A stretch of 64,000 bases of DNA from Fidelibacterota bacterium (GCA_965212055.1 OZ243041.1:288001-352000); one strand, 5' to 3'. Shown: positions 1 to 14,782, counted from the first letter of the stretch. Program-made: numbers and translations. Notes: generated from the letters alone by a model not told the origin.

Positions 1-70
1 AGCTGGTGAAACTAAGACTCAAGAACGTATTAATCATTTTTTAAAAACTGGTAAACCCCTCAGAAACTAG
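1..70 (+). CDS. 3' end of 3-hydroxyacyl-CoA dehydrogenase/enoyl-CoA hydratase (FadN-like), partial
   Basis: Frame 2 reads AGETKTQERINHFLKTGKPLRN*; the ...KTGKPLRN C-terminus is characteristic of FadN-type proteins. Confidence 0.75.
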   Translation, partial: AGETKTQERINHFLKTGKPLRN

Positions 71-155
71 ATTTTTTATTAAGATTTCTTTTTCAAAAGA
101 ATCCTGTTTTTTGTAAATTCTGCACCAAAATCTAATCACTAGAGGATAGAAAAAT

Positions 156-587
156 ATGGTAAAATGGTCCAAAAAAGCATTCGTTGATCACATAAATAAA
201 ACATGTGAAAATGATGTAGCTATGATATGTTTAGAGTTAATTGATTTTTCAGAACAAACATCAGATGAATTATCATGGGGTACAGGAGACGATTTTGGAA
301 CAATGACATATAGATGTAATTCTGACCATGGATTGTTACCATTGTTTAGATTATCGTCAAATGGAAAGATCAACCTTCAACTAAATTTCTTAAGAGGTAA
401 AAATTTACACAAACAAGTTCTTCAAGATATGATTATTAAATTTGAATCTAATTTTTTAAGAGACTATGATGAAGAATCCTATCCTTCTGATTCTTATGAG
501 CCGTTAGAAGATTTAATCTGTACTAATAAACAATTGCATTCATTCATGAAGACTATTGAAGGATGTACTTACAGATTAAAGCAATAA
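156..587 (+). CDS. Hypothetical protein, 143 aa
   Basis: Clean ORF, SD-like AGAGGA upstream, stop abuts the tig start; no family recognised. Confidence 0.75.
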   Translation: MVKWSKKAFVDHINKTCENDVAMICLELIDFSEQTSDELSWGTGDDFGTMTYRCNSDHGLLPLFRLSSNGKINLQLNFLRGKNLHKQVLQDMIIKFESNFLRDYDEESYPSDSYEPLEDLICTNKQLHSFMKTIEGCTYRLKQ

Positions 588-1874
588 ATGAATCTTAAAG
601 TAAAATCAAAAAAGATAAATGATTTCACTTATGAACTCTCTATCTCTGCTGCATGGAAAGATATTAAGAGTGATTTTGAATCTTCTAAGAAAAAAGTCGC
701 AAAAGAAACAAAAATATCTGGTTTTAGAAAAGGTAAAATTCCAGCAAATATTCTTATGTCCCAATATTTACCAAATGTTGAATTAGCATTCATACAAGAT
801 TTTTGTGAAAAATATTATATTTTATCTTTACAAAAAGAAAAATTAAATCCCATTAACCAAGCTAATTTGAAAGATATTGATTTTTCATATGAAAATGATC
901 TTTCTTTCAAAGCTGAATTTGAAATAGAACCTAAAATCTCACTTCCTAAATTTAAAAAGGATATGGTTTCTGTAGAAAAAGTGAATTTTATTTCCAATGA
1001 TAAAGAAGTTGAAGATACAATTAATAATATTTTAATGTCACAAAGCGAAATTAAAAAAATTGATAAAGGATCTGAAGATGGAGATTTTATGTTAGCTGAC
1101 TTTCAAGAAATCGATTCTTCTGGCCTTCCTATTATAGGGCAAAAGACTGAGAAAAAATTTATTTCTATTGGACAAGAACCTATTACTGGAGCGAATAAAG
1201 AACTTTTATTAAACAAAAATGTCGGAGACGAAGTCAGGGTGAGTATTGATTCAGAAAATGGTAATAAAATCTTTAAAGTTTCAATTCATTCTATTGAAAG
1301 AAGGATTCCACCTAAATTAGATGAGGATTTTGTCAAGAAAGTAGATCCAAATTGTGATGGTGTTGATCAATGGAAGACAAACATTAAAGAAAGTATTCAA
1401 AAAGAGTATGAAAAAAAATCTGAAGAAATGTTTAATTCTGGAATAATTGATCAATTTATTAAAATGGTTAATCCTATTCTTCCTCCTTCTATGTTTGATT
1501 CATATCTAGAAAATATTGTTAATGAAGTTAAAGCCAGTCCGCAAGGAAGTAATCTTGAAGAAAATACAATAAGAGAACAATATAAAACTTTTGCTGAAAA
1601 TAATTTAAAATGGTTTCTAATGAGAAAAACTATTATTCAAGATTTAAAATTTGAAATCAAAAATGATGAAATAGAAACTTTTATTTCTGATGCTATTAAA
1701 AACAATCAAGATCAAAAGGCTGAAATTGAAAGATTTTATAAAAAAGAATCTAATCGAAATAAGTTGTCAGATGATCTTCTTGATAGCAAAGTGCTAGATT
1801 TATTAAAGGACAATTCAAAGATCGTGGAAAAAGATATGGAAACTTCCGACTTGCACCACCATCATAATCACTAA
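588..1874 (+). CDS. tig: Trigger factor
   Basis: Ribosome-binding signature GFRKGKIP, about 430 aa, FKBP-like middle region; His-rich tail HHHHNH. Confidence 0.92.
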   Translation: MNLKVKSKKINDFTYELSISAAWKDIKSDFESSKKKVAKETKISGFRKGKIPANILMSQYLPNVELAFIQDFCEKYYILSLQKEKLNPINQANLKDIDFSYENDLSFKAEFEIEPKISLPKFKKDMVSVEKVNFISNDKEVEDTINNILMSQSEIKKIDKGSEDGDFMLADFQEIDSSGLPIIGQKTEKKFISIGQEPITGANKELLLNKNVGDEVRVSIDSENGNKIFKVSIHSIERRIPPKLDEDFVKKVDPNCDGVDQWKTNIKESIQKEYEKKSEEMFNSGIIDQFIKMVNPILPPSMFDSYLENIVNEVKASPQGSNLEENTIREQYKTFAENNLKWFLMRKTIIQDLKFEIKNDEIETFISDAIKNNQDQKAEIERFYKKESNRNKLSDDLLDSKVLDLLKDNSKIVEKDMETSDLHHHHNH

Positions 1875-1880
1875 ATAATT

Positions 1881-3098
1881 ATGGAAAAATTTACTGGATT
1901 AATTGGCATATTTACTTTGTTGGGTATTGCTGTTCTTTTATCCAACAATAGAAAAAAAATTAATTTGCGCACTGTTTTTTCAGGAATAGCATTACAATTT
2001 GTCCTTGCTTTTTTTATACTCGGTACTTCATTTGGTGATCCTATTTTTAGAGCATTAGATAATGCTATTACTACGCTAGTTAGTTTTTCAGATGCTGGTA
2101 GTACTTTTCTTTTTAGATCTTATGCTCCTGATATTGGATATTCTCCATCTTTAGAGAATTTTGCATTTCGTACATTACCAACAATTATCTTTTTTTCAAG
2201 CTTAATAAGTGTCTTATATCATTTTGGAATAATACAAAAAATTGTAAAAATGTTTGCAAAAATATTTCAAAAAACAATGTTTATCAGTGGAACAGAATCA
2301 CTAAGCGTTTCGGGAAATATTTTTCTTGGACAAACAGAAGCTCCATTAATGGTAAAACCATTTGTTGATAAAATGACGAAATCAGAATTAATGGCAGTCA
2401 TGACAGGCGGATTTGCTACAGCGGCTGGAGGGATTTTAGCTATTTATGTTAGTTGGTTATCGGACATCCCAGGTATTGCTGGTCACTTATTGACTGCTTC
2501 GGTAATGTCAGCACCCGCTGCTTTGGTAATGGCAAAGATTATTTATCCAGAGGTGGAGGAATCTAATACTATGGGTGATGTAAGCATTGAAATTGAACAG
2601 ACTACTACCAATGCAATGGAAGCACTTGGAAATGGTGCTACTACTGGGTTAAAGTTAGCAGCTAATATTGCTGCTATGCTTATTGCTTTTCTAGCATTTG
2701 TGGCAATGATAAACTATTTGTTGTCTTTTGTAGGAACATCTATGGAAGATATTTTTGGTTTTCTTTTTAAACCATTGGCATGGACTATGGGAGTTCCGTG
2801 GGAAGAAGCTGGTATATTGGCTACATTGATGGGTAAAAAAATTGTTTTAACTGAGTTAATTGCGTATGGTGATTTACAACAAGCAGTGACGGATGGTTTA
2901 TCAGATAGAACAGCTGTTATTGCGAGTTATGCTCTGTGTGGTTTCGCAAATTTTGGCTCTATTGGTATACAACTAGGAGGAATCGGTGCAATAGCTCCTA
3001 ATCGAAGAGGAGACCTTGCACGACTAGTCACAAAAGCAATGATAGGTGGTGCTTTAGCATCCTGGTTAACTGCAACAATTGCAGGCCTACTTTTATAG
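1881..3098 (+). CDS. nupC: Concentrative nucleoside transporter (CNT/NupC family)
   Basis: Motifs NIFLGQTEAPL, MTGGFAT, SYALCGFANFGSIGI. Confidence 0.92.
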   Translation: MEKFTGLIGIFTLLGIAVLLSNNRKKINLRTVFSGIALQFVLAFFILGTSFGDPIFRALDNAITTLVSFSDAGSTFLFRSYAPDIGYSPSLENFAFRTLPTIIFFSSLISVLYHFGIIQKIVKMFAKIFQKTMFISGTESLSVSGNIFLGQTEAPLMVKPFVDKMTKSELMAVMTGGFATAAGGILAIYVSWLSDIPGIAGHLLTASVMSAPAALVMAKIIYPEVEESNTMGDVSIEIEQTTTNAMEALGNGATTGLKLAANIAAMLIAFLAFVAMINYLLSFVGTSMEDIFGFLFKPLAWTMGVPWEEAGILATLMGKKIVLTELIAYGDLQQAVTDGLSDRTAVIASYALCGFANFGSIGIQLGGIGAIAPNRRGDLARLVTKAMIGGALASWLTATIAGLLL

Positions 3099-3132
3099 TC
3101 AGAAAATAACCTAAATTTTTTTTATTTTTTAC

Positions 3133-3161
3133 TTGGTAATCTCTCTCAATAATAATAATTT
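3133..3161 (+). promoter_or_regulatory. Putative sigma70 promoter of the rRNA operon
   Basis: TTGGTA-17 nt-TAATTT, with an upstream T-rich tract and a downstream GC-rich discriminator-like GCGAGGC. Confidence 0.6.
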
Positions 3162-3196
3162 GCGAGGCTTTGCGTAAAAAATCATTACGCATACTT

Positions 3197-3216
3197 TTTT
3201 AGATATTTGAAAATTT
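3197..3216 (+). promoter_or_regulatory. boxA-like antitermination element, rRNA leader
   Basis: TTTTAGATATTTGAAAATTT, with a near-identical copy in the ITS at 5101-5120. Confidence 0.65.
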
Positions 3217-3279
3217 GATATATGTAGAACCTTTGTCTTTTAATCCTGTAGTTAGACAAACAAACTTAAAATAAATATT

Positions 3280-4844
<1,565 letters not shown>

Positions 4845-4932
4845 AGGGAGTAATCTTATTTTTTAAAATAAGATATGGTCGAAAAGGATTTAAAGAATAA
4901 AGGTTCTGCATATATTAATACTTTTTTAGAAG

Positions 4933-5009
4933 GGGCTTATAGCTCAGCTGGTTAGAGCGCATCTCTGATAAGGATGAGGTCCGTGGTTCGAGTCCACGTA
5001 GGCCCACCA
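4933..5009 (+). tRNA. tRNA-Ile(GAT)
   Basis: Cloverleaf, anticodon arm CATCT-CTGATAA-GGATG, T-loop GTTCGAG, encoded CCA. Confidence 0.97.
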
Positions 5010-5016
5010 AAATTAT

Positions 5017-5089
5017 GGGGCTGTAGCTCAGTTGGTAGAGCGCCACACTTGCACTGTGGAAGTCGCAGGTTCGATCCCTGTCAGCTCCA
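5017..5089 (+). tRNA. tRNA-Ala(TGC)
   Basis: GGGGCTG acceptor with G3:U70, anticodon arm CCACA-CTTGCAC-TGTGG; CCA not encoded. Confidence 0.97.
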
Positions 5090-5100
5090 CAAAATTTAAA

Positions 5101-5120
5101 TTTTAGATATTTGACAATTT
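5101..5120 (+). promoter_or_regulatory. boxA-like element in the 16S-23S spacer
   Basis: TTTTAGATATTTGACAATTT, one mismatch to the leader copy. Confidence 0.65.
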
Positions 5121-5134
5121 GGAAATTAACGCGG

Positions 5135-5199
5135 GTAACAGAGATTTAATCTCTGTTACTAACAATGTAATAGAGATTTTAATCTCTGTTACTGACAAT
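5135..5199. repeat. Two tandem 32-33 nt palindromic (hairpin) repeats in the ITS
   Basis: GTAACAGAGATTTAATCTCTGTTACTAACAAT followed by GTAATAGAGATTTTAATCTCTGTTACTGACAAT. Confidence 0.9.
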
Positions 5200-5267
5200 T
5201 GTATTGATTAAGCTATTTATAGTTTAGTCAATGCTGAATCATTAAAACACTCAAGTCATATAAACTT

Positions 5268-8266
<2,999 letters not shown>

Positions 8267-8326
8267 ATTTTGTTTTATATGACTTGTTCTGTTTTAATGA
8301 TTAGATCGCGTTTTTTTCCGAAAGCT

Positions 8327-8445
<119 letters not shown>

Positions 8446-8475
8446 TTAATTATTTTTTTTGTATATTATATAAAT

Positions 8476-8904
8476 ATGCAGTATAACAATCCTTTTAAAT
8501 CAACTTCATTTCACCATACGTTTGATTTTGGTAAAAATCTTTCAAATTCTATAGAATATGGTTCTGTAATTCTACTAAGAGGGGACTTAGGTTCAGGAAA
8601 AACAACTTTTTGTAAAGGATTTGCTTCAGGTCTCGGGTTTAAAGATGCAATTTTATCTCCCACCTATTCAATTTTGAACGAATATGAAATTAGTGGAAAG
8701 AATTTATACCATTTTGATCTATATCGGTTAAAATCAATCAACGAATTTATAGAAATTGGAGGGTTAGAATATTTAAATAGTCAAATATCAATTTCTTTAA
8801 TTGAATGGCCAGATCTTATCAGTGATATAGATATCAAAAACATGATTAATATAAAATTTGAATACTTATCAGAAAACGAAAGATTAATAACAGTTTTATC
8901 ATGA
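8476..8904 (+). CDS. tsaE: tRNA t6A biosynthesis ATPase TsaE
   Basis: GDLGSGKTT, SPTY, YHFDLYRL, IEW; start moved to ATG 8476 because 8398 lies inside the 5S gene. Confidence 0.95.
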   Translation: MQYNNPFKSTSFHHTFDFGKNLSNSIEYGSVILLRGDLGSGKTTFCKGFASGLGFKDAILSPTYSILNEYEISGKNLYHFDLYRLKSINEFIEIGGLEYLNSQISISLIEWPDLISDIDIKNMINIKFEYLSENERLITVLS

Positions 8905-9539
8905 AAATTTTAGGCATTGAAACATCAGTAAAACAATCTAGTGCAGCGATTGTTGTAGAAAATGATTCTTATGAAGTATTTTCAGATATCAAGAAAGATG
9001 CTGCTAAATCATTGCCTTTTATTGTAGAAAATGTGCTTAATAAAGCACAAAGTTCATTTAATGATATAGATGGAATTGCAATATCAATGGGTCCTGGTTC
9101 ATTTACAGGACTTAGGGTTGGTCTTAGTTATGTCAAAGGGCTTTCTTTGGCATTAGATATACCTATTGTTCCTATTTCAACGTTTGAATCCATGATTAAT
9201 ATAGTTAAACCAAATCCAGGAAAAGTTATTCAGACAATTATTCATTCACATGGTAATGCTTTATATATTGCACAATACATTTCGAAAGATGAATTATATG
9301 TGCTTGATTCGGTTCCAAAAATTATAGATATAAATGATTTAGAATGTAAAAAAGATATGTCCATTATCTATGTGGGACCAAATAAAATAGTAGACCAATT
9401 AAATATTAAAGCAATGAACAATATTCAGCTTACTGCTCTCAGTATTGCAAGTTTAGGATATAATAATTATGATTTCTTAAAAACTAAATCTATTAATAAC
9501 TTAGCGCCAAATTATATAGGTTCGTTTAAATTGGATTAA
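8901..9539 (+). CDS. tsaB: tRNA t6A biosynthesis protein TsaB
   Basis: ILGIETS, GPGSFTGLRVG; coupled to tsaE. Confidence 0.95.
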   Translation: MKILGIETSVKQSSAAIVVENDSYEVFSDIKKDAAKSLPFIVENVLNKAQSSFNDIDGIAISMGPGSFTGLRVGLSYVKGLSLALDIPIVPISTFESMINIVKPNPGKVIQTIIHSHGNALYIAQYISKDELYVLDSVPKIIDINDLECKKDMSIIYVGPNKIVDQLNIKAMNNIQLTALSIASLGYNNYDFLKTKSINNLAPNYIGSFKLD

Positions 9540-9540
9540 G

Positions 9541-10365
9541 ATGAGTTGGTTTACTAGAAAAGATAAAAAGATTCAGGAATCTGGTAAGAAAGATTTACCA
9601 AGTGATTTATGGATGAAAGGAACTTGTTGTGGTGAAATTCTATATAAGCCTGAACTTGAAAAAGCAAATTCAATATGCCATCATTGTAATTTCCATTATC
9701 CAATTTCTAATAATAAATATTTAGAAATTATTTTAGATCCAGAATATGAAGCATTATTTGAAAATATTGTTTCAACGGATATTTTGAATTTTAAAGCGAA
9801 TAAATCTTATGAAGACATTCTACAAAATGTTCCAGATAATGCTGAAGCCATAAATTCTTATTATGGAACTATAAACACACATAAAGTTGTGCTATCAATT
9901 ATGGATTTTAAATTTATAGGTGGAAGTATGGGGAGTGCAGTGGGTGAAAAGATAGCCAAGTCAATTAAGCTTGCGTTAGAAAAAAGTTGTCCCTTAATTA
10001 TTGTATGTCAATCGGGTGGCGCAAGAATGCAAGAGGGAGCATTATCTCTTATGCAACTCTCAAAAGTAAGCACACATTTATCAAATTTTTCTAAAAAAGG
10101 TGGTCTCTATATATCAGTACTGACCTATCCCACTACTGGAGGGGTAACAGCTAGTTTTGGAATGCAGGCAGATGTTACGATTGCTGAACCCAAAGCTTTG
10201 ATTGGTTTTGCTGGTCAACGAGTTATTAAACAAACTACTTCACAAGATCTTCCAGAAGGATTTCAAACTTCAGAATTTCTAATGGAGAAAGGTTTTGTTG
10301 ATTTAATTGTAGATAGAAATAGTTTGAAAAATAAATTAATTAATATATTATCTGTGCTAAAATGA
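9541..10365 (+). CDS. accD: Acetyl-CoA carboxylase carboxyltransferase beta subunit
   Basis: GGSMGSAVGEK, SGGARMQEG, PTTGGVTASF. Confidence 0.96.
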   Translation: MSWFTRKDKKIQESGKKDLPSDLWMKGTCCGEILYKPELEKANSICHHCNFHYPISNNKYLEIILDPEYEALFENIVSTDILNFKANKSYEDILQNVPDNAEAINSYYGTINTHKVVLSIMDFKFIGGSMGSAVGEKIAKSIKLALEKSCPLIIVCQSGGARMQEGALSLMQLSKVSTHLSNFSKKGGLYISVLTYPTTGGVTASFGMQADVTIAEPKALIGFAGQRVIKQTTSQDLPEGFQTSEFLMEKGFVDLIVDRNSLKNKLINILSVLK

Positions 10366-11912
10366 GCAAGAACGATACAATTATTATTCTTGATTTTGGT
10401 TCTCAATATACTCAACTCATTGCTAGAAGAGTTAGAGAGGTTGGGGTTTTTTCAGTGATTCTTCCCTGCAACATTGATATTGATAGAATTAAATCATTGA
10501 ATCCAAGAGGAATTATTTTATCTGGTGGACCGGAAACTGTTACAGAAAGTGGTACATCTAAAATTAACACAGCCTTATTTGATACCAAGATTCCTTTATT
10601 AGGTATCTGTTATGGAATGCAAACAATGGCTCAAGAATTAGGTGGATCTGTCATACAATCAAATAAAAGAGAATTTGGACATGCTAATATTGAAAAAACA
10701 AGTGATTCTAAATTATTTGATGGAATTAATTTTCAAGAAAATTCTTTGAATGTATGGATGAGTCATGGGGATAAAGTTTCTATGCTTCCCGATAATTTTG
10801 ATATAATTGCCAAATCAGAAAATTGTCCTATTGCAGGATTTGCACATTCAAAAGAAGCTTGGTTTGGTTTACAATTTCATCCTGAAGTTACTCATACGAA
10901 CGAAGGAATTAAGATTATTGAAAATTTCGTATATAAAATATGTAATTGTGAAAAAAATTGGGATATAACCGATATAATTGATGGAATGAAATCTTATGTT
11001 AATTCTAAAGTTGAAAATGAGAAAGTTATATTGGGTCTATCTGGTGGAGTTGATTCTTCTGTAGTTGCAATGTTGTTACATCAATGTATTAAAGAAAATT
11101 TAACCTGCATTTTTGTTGATAATGGTTTATTAAGATTAAATGAAGTGGAAGAAGTGTTAGATACTTTTTCAGAAGTTGGTATTAATGTTCATTTATCTAG
11201 CGCAAGTGACCTATTCTTATCTCGATTAAAAGGGATAAAAGATCCAGAACAAAAAAGAATCATTATTGGGAATACTTTTATCGAAGTCTTTGAAGAGGAG
11301 GCAAAAAAAATTGATAATGTAAATTGGCTGGCCCAAGGAACAATCTATCCGGACGTTATTGAATCTTCTGCATCTGAAACTGGTAATGCGAGCGTGATTA
11401 AGTCACACCATAATGTTGGAGGATTACCTGAAAGAATGAATTTAAATCTATTAGAACCGTTAAGAGATTTATTTAAAGATGAAGTAAGAAATATTGGTAA
11501 AAATTTAGGAGTCCCTTCTAAAATTTTGGGAAGACATCCGTTTCCTGGACCAGGTTTAGCAATTAGAATCATGGGCGAAGTAAAAAAAGAAAGACTTGAT
11601 ATTTTAAGAATAGCCGATAAAATATTTATTGATGAACTAATCAATGCAAATTTATATGACAATTTAAGCCAGGCTTTTGTTGTTTATTTACCTGTAAAAT
11701 CTGTTGGTGTAGTTGGGGATGCAAGACGCTATGAAGATGTATTAGCTTTAAGAGCTGTTACAACAGTTGATTTTATGACAGCGACATGGGCCGATTTACC
11801 TTATGATTTTATTGCCAAAGTTTCTAATCGTATTGTCAACGAAATATCACAAGTAAGTAGAGTTGTTTATGATTGTACAGGTAAGCCACCGGCTACAATT
11901 GAGTGGGAATAA
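10362..11912 (+). CDS. guaA: GMP synthase (glutamine-hydrolysing)
   Basis: DFGSQYTQLIARR, GICYGMQ, QFHPEV, SGGVDS, KPPATIEWE. Confidence 0.98.
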   Translation: MSKNDTIIILDFGSQYTQLIARRVREVGVFSVILPCNIDIDRIKSLNPRGIILSGGPETVTESGTSKINTALFDTKIPLLGICYGMQTMAQELGGSVIQSNKREFGHANIEKTSDSKLFDGINFQENSLNVWMSHGDKVSMLPDNFDIIAKSENCPIAGFAHSKEAWFGLQFHPEVTHTNEGIKIIENFVYKICNCEKNWDITDIIDGMKSYVNSKVENEKVILGLSGGVDSSVVAMLLHQCIKENLTCIFVDNGLLRLNEVEEVLDTFSEVGINVHLSSASDLFLSRLKGIKDPEQKRIIIGNTFIEVFEEEAKKIDNVNWLAQGTIYPDVIESSASETGNASVIKSHHNVGGLPERMNLNLLEPLRDLFKDEVRNIGKNLGVPSKILGRHPFPGPGLAIRIMGEVKKERLDILRIADKIFIDELINANLYDNLSQAFVVYLPVKSVGVVGDARRYEDVLALRAVTTVDFMTATWADLPYDFIAKVSNRIVNEISQVSRVVYDCTGKPPATIEWE

Positions 11913-11921
11913 CAATTCAAA

Positions 11922-12455
11922 ATGAAAAAATTTAATAACTTAATTATTCTTGCACCATTAGCATATGCCATCCATCATTATGAAGAACATATTATTTTTA
12001 ATTTTCGAGAGTGGAGATTAAAGTACTTTCTAGACAACAATCATATTCCTACTGAGGCAGTTCTTTGCATTTTGATTTCTGTTCTTTTGTTAGCAGTTTT
12101 TTTCCAATTAATCTCAAGAAGCAGAGCGACAGCTCACATTTTGTTATTTTTTTTAATGGCAACACAGGTAGTCAATGCTGCTTTTCACATATTTTTTAGT
12201 CTTTATTACTCTGATTTCAGTCCAGGAACAATAACAGCAATATTGTTATATTTGCCTATTAATTTTCTAATAATTCAATCTGCATTTAGAGAAGGTTTAT
12301 TAAAAAATTCTACTGAATTGATCACTATTTTTATCTTAGGAATAAGTACTTTTGCTTTATTTGAGTGGATTGGACCTAAAGTTTGGTTGGTTTCTTTTTT
12401 TATGTGTTTTATTTATTATTTCTGGATGAGCAAGATATCATCATCAAAAATATAA
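11922..12455 (+). CDS. HXXEE-domain membrane protein
   Basis: HHYEEH motif near the N-terminus, several TM segments, FSPGTITA. Confidence 0.75.
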   Translation: MKKFNNLIILAPLAYAIHHYEEHIIFNFREWRLKYFLDNNHIPTEAVLCILISVLLLAVFFQLISRSRATAHILLFFLMATQVVNAAFHIFFSLYYSDFSPGTITAILLYLPINFLIIQSAFREGLLKNSTELITIFILGISTFALFEWIGPKVWLVSFFMCFIYYFWMSKISSSKI

Positions 12456-12474
12456 AAAATATTAAGTATGAATA

Positions 12475-12945
12475 ATGTATAATCTTAGAATTGTTCCATT
12501 TCATAAAAGATATTCGTCTACTTTTTATCATCTCAATAAGATATGGATTGAAGAATCGTTCTCACTAGAAGAATCTGATAAATTTGATTTGTTACACCCT
12601 GAAAAAAGTATAATAGATAAAGGAGGAGAAATTTTTTTTGCTTTAATTGAAGATAAACCAATAGCTACTGTTGCAATGATCCCACTTAAATCAGATATCT
12701 ATGAGTTGGCAAAGATGACAGTAGATACTCAATATAGAGGGAATGGTATTGCAAACAAATTAATGGATAAATGTATCTTATTCGCAAAAGAAAAAGAAGC
12801 CAAAGAAATTATTTTAATTACCAACGATACTTTAGTGATAGCAAGGAACTTATATGATAAATTTGGGTTCAAAGAAATAGCGTTAGATTCAGATAAATAT
12901 TTAAGAGGAAATGTCAAAATGACCTTAAATTTGACCGAGGAATAA
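12475..12945 (+). CDS. GNAT family N-acetyltransferase
   Basis: ELAKMTV..QYRGNGIA acetyl-CoA motif, LYDKFGF. Confidence 0.88.
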   Translation: MYNLRIVPFHKRYSSTFYHLNKIWIEESFSLEESDKFDLLHPEKSIIDKGGEIFFALIEDKPIATVAMIPLKSDIYELAKMTVDTQYRGNGIANKLMDKCILFAKEKEAKEIILITNDTLVIARNLYDKFGFKEIALDSDKYLRGNVKMTLNLTEE

Positions 12946-12948
12946 ATT

Positions 12949-14781
12949 ATGTGTGGAATAGTTGCATACAAAGGACATAAAAATTGTTATCCAATTTTAT
13001 TAAATGGATTAAAAAGATTGGAATATCGTGGATATGATTCTGCAGGTATAGCTTGTTTTAATAATGATAACAAATTATCTATTATAAAACGTAGAGGTAA
13101 AGTAAAAGAGCTTGAAGCTGCAATAACTAGTAAAGATTGTAATGGTATGGGTATTGCACATACTAGATGGGCAACTCATGGTAGACCAAATCAAATCAAT
13201 GCTCACCCACATGCCGATCAATCTAAAAAAATTATTTTGGTTCATAATGGTATTATTGAAAATTATGTTCCTATCAAGAAATTTCTTTTATCAAAGAAAG
13301 TCAAATTTAAATCTGATACAGATACAGAGGTTTTAGTCCAATTAATTGGATATTTTTATAATAAAGGTAAAATGAATTTTGAAGAAGCTGTACGTGCAGC
13401 ATTGCAAAGAGTTGACGGTGCTTATGGACTTGTAATACTAAATCAAGATTATCCAGATATGATGATTGCAGCACGTAAGGGCAGTCCGTTGGTGTTAGGT
13501 CTTAAGGATAATGAATTTTTTGTAGCAAGCGATATATCTCCAATTATAAAACATACTCAACAGATTCTTTATCTTAAAGATTCTGAAATGGTAGTAATTG
13601 ATGGAAAAAAATATAGTGTTAAATCTATAAACAAAGATATTGCTCTACCAAAGAATATTGAAACGATTGATTATAAAATTGATGATTATGACAAAGGAAA
13701 ATTTAAATATTTTATGCACAAAGAAATTCATGAACAAGTTGATACAATAGCTAATACAATGAATGGTAGAGTAAGACCTGATGCTGTATTATTGCATGGT
13801 TTATCAGAGTATTGGGATGAAATAGAAGCATCTGATAAAATTTATATTACAGCTTGTGGAACTTCATGGCATGCAGGTTTAATTGGTAAACTTCTAATTG
13901 AAAAATTTTCAAATACACCTGTTTCTGTCGAATATGCTTCCGAGTTTAGATATAATCATACATTAATTGATAGTCAAACTGTTGTAATTGCTATTTCACA
14001 GTCAGGTGAAACAGCTGATACATTAGCTGCTATTAAGAAAGCCAATGATTATGGAGCCGTGACAATTGGTATATGTAATGTACCAGGAAGTTCTGTTGGA
14101 AGGGAAACAGATTGTGGTATATATACACGATGTGGACATGAAGTTGGTGTAGCATCAACTAAAGCATTTACTGCTCAAATTAGTATATTATATTTGTTAG
14201 GTCTTAAGCTAGCTTATGCTAAAGGAAGAATGTCGAAAGCATCCTTAAAAAGACATTTGGATTATGGTGATGCTCTGAAAAAAATTCAATCTCTATTTCA
14301 TCAAGAAAAATTGATTCAAAAAATAGCAAGGAAATATAAAAATGCAACTGATTTTCTCTATCTTGGAAGAGGAATGAACTTTCCTGTTGCTCTTGAAGGA
14401 GCCTTAAAACTTAAAGAGATATCCTACATTCATGCTGAAGGATATCCTGCAGCAGAAATGAAACATGGACCTATTGCTTTAATAGATAAAAATATGCCTT
14501 CGGTATTCATTGTACCAAAGGATAAAACATATGAAAAAATCATTTCTAATATTCAAGAAATTAAATCTAGGAAAGGGAAGATTATTATTGTTACTGATTC
14601 TAAAGATAAAATCTTGAAAGAATTAGCAAATGATTTAATTATTGTTCCAAGGTCTAATATTTATTTATTTATTATTTTGGCTACAATAGTTCTTCAACTG
14701 TTTGCGTATCATATAGCAATAATAAATAAACGTGATGTAGATCAGCCAAGGAATTTAGCAAAAAGTGTTACAGTTGAATAG
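12949..14781 (+). CDS. glmS: Glutamine-fructose-6-phosphate transaminase
   Basis: MCGI start, LEYRGYDSAG, HTRWATHG, PRNLAKSVTVE. Confidence 0.98.
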   Translation: MCGIVAYKGHKNCYPILLNGLKRLEYRGYDSAGIACFNNDNKLSIIKRRGKVKELEAAITSKDCNGMGIAHTRWATHGRPNQINAHPHADQSKKIILVHNGIIENYVPIKKFLLSKKVKFKSDTDTEVLVQLIGYFYNKGKMNFEEAVRAALQRVDGAYGLVILNQDYPDMMIAARKGSPLVLGLKDNEFFVASDISPIIKHTQQILYLKDSEMVVIDGKKYSVKSINKDIALPKNIETIDYKIDDYDKGKFKYFMHKEIHEQVDTIANTMNGRVRPDAVLLHGLSEYWDEIEASDKIYITACGTSWHAGLIGKLLIEKFSNTPVSVEYASEFRYNHTLIDSQTVVIAISQSGETADTLAAIKKANDYGAVTIGICNVPGSSVGRETDCGIYTRCGHEVGVASTKAFTAQISILYLLGLKLAYAKGRMSKASLKRHLDYGDALKKIQSLFHQEKLIQKIARKYKNATDFLYLGRGMNFPVALEGALKLKEISYIHAEGYPAAEMKHGPIALIDKNMPSVFIVPKDKTYEKIISNIQEIKSRKGKIIIVTDSKDKILKELANDLIIVPRSNIYLFIILATIVLQLFAYHIAIINKRDVDQPRNLAKSVTVE

Positions 14782-14782
14782 A

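Noticed and set aside
83..112. Weak AT-rich hairpin plus T-run after the fadN-like gene as a terminator
   Set aside because: Stem too weak and bulged to call with confidence
1850..1874. His-rich tail of trigger factor as a cloning tag
   Set aside because: HHHHNH is imperfect, uses mixed codons and has no vector context; likely natural
5135..5199. Palindromic repeats as a mini-CRISPR
   Set aside because: Only two units, no spacers, no cas genes, and located in the rRNA ITS
9610..9690. AccD zinc finger GTCC...CHHC instead of CxxC...CxxC
   Set aside because: Four cysteines are still present; minor variation with no functional claim supportable
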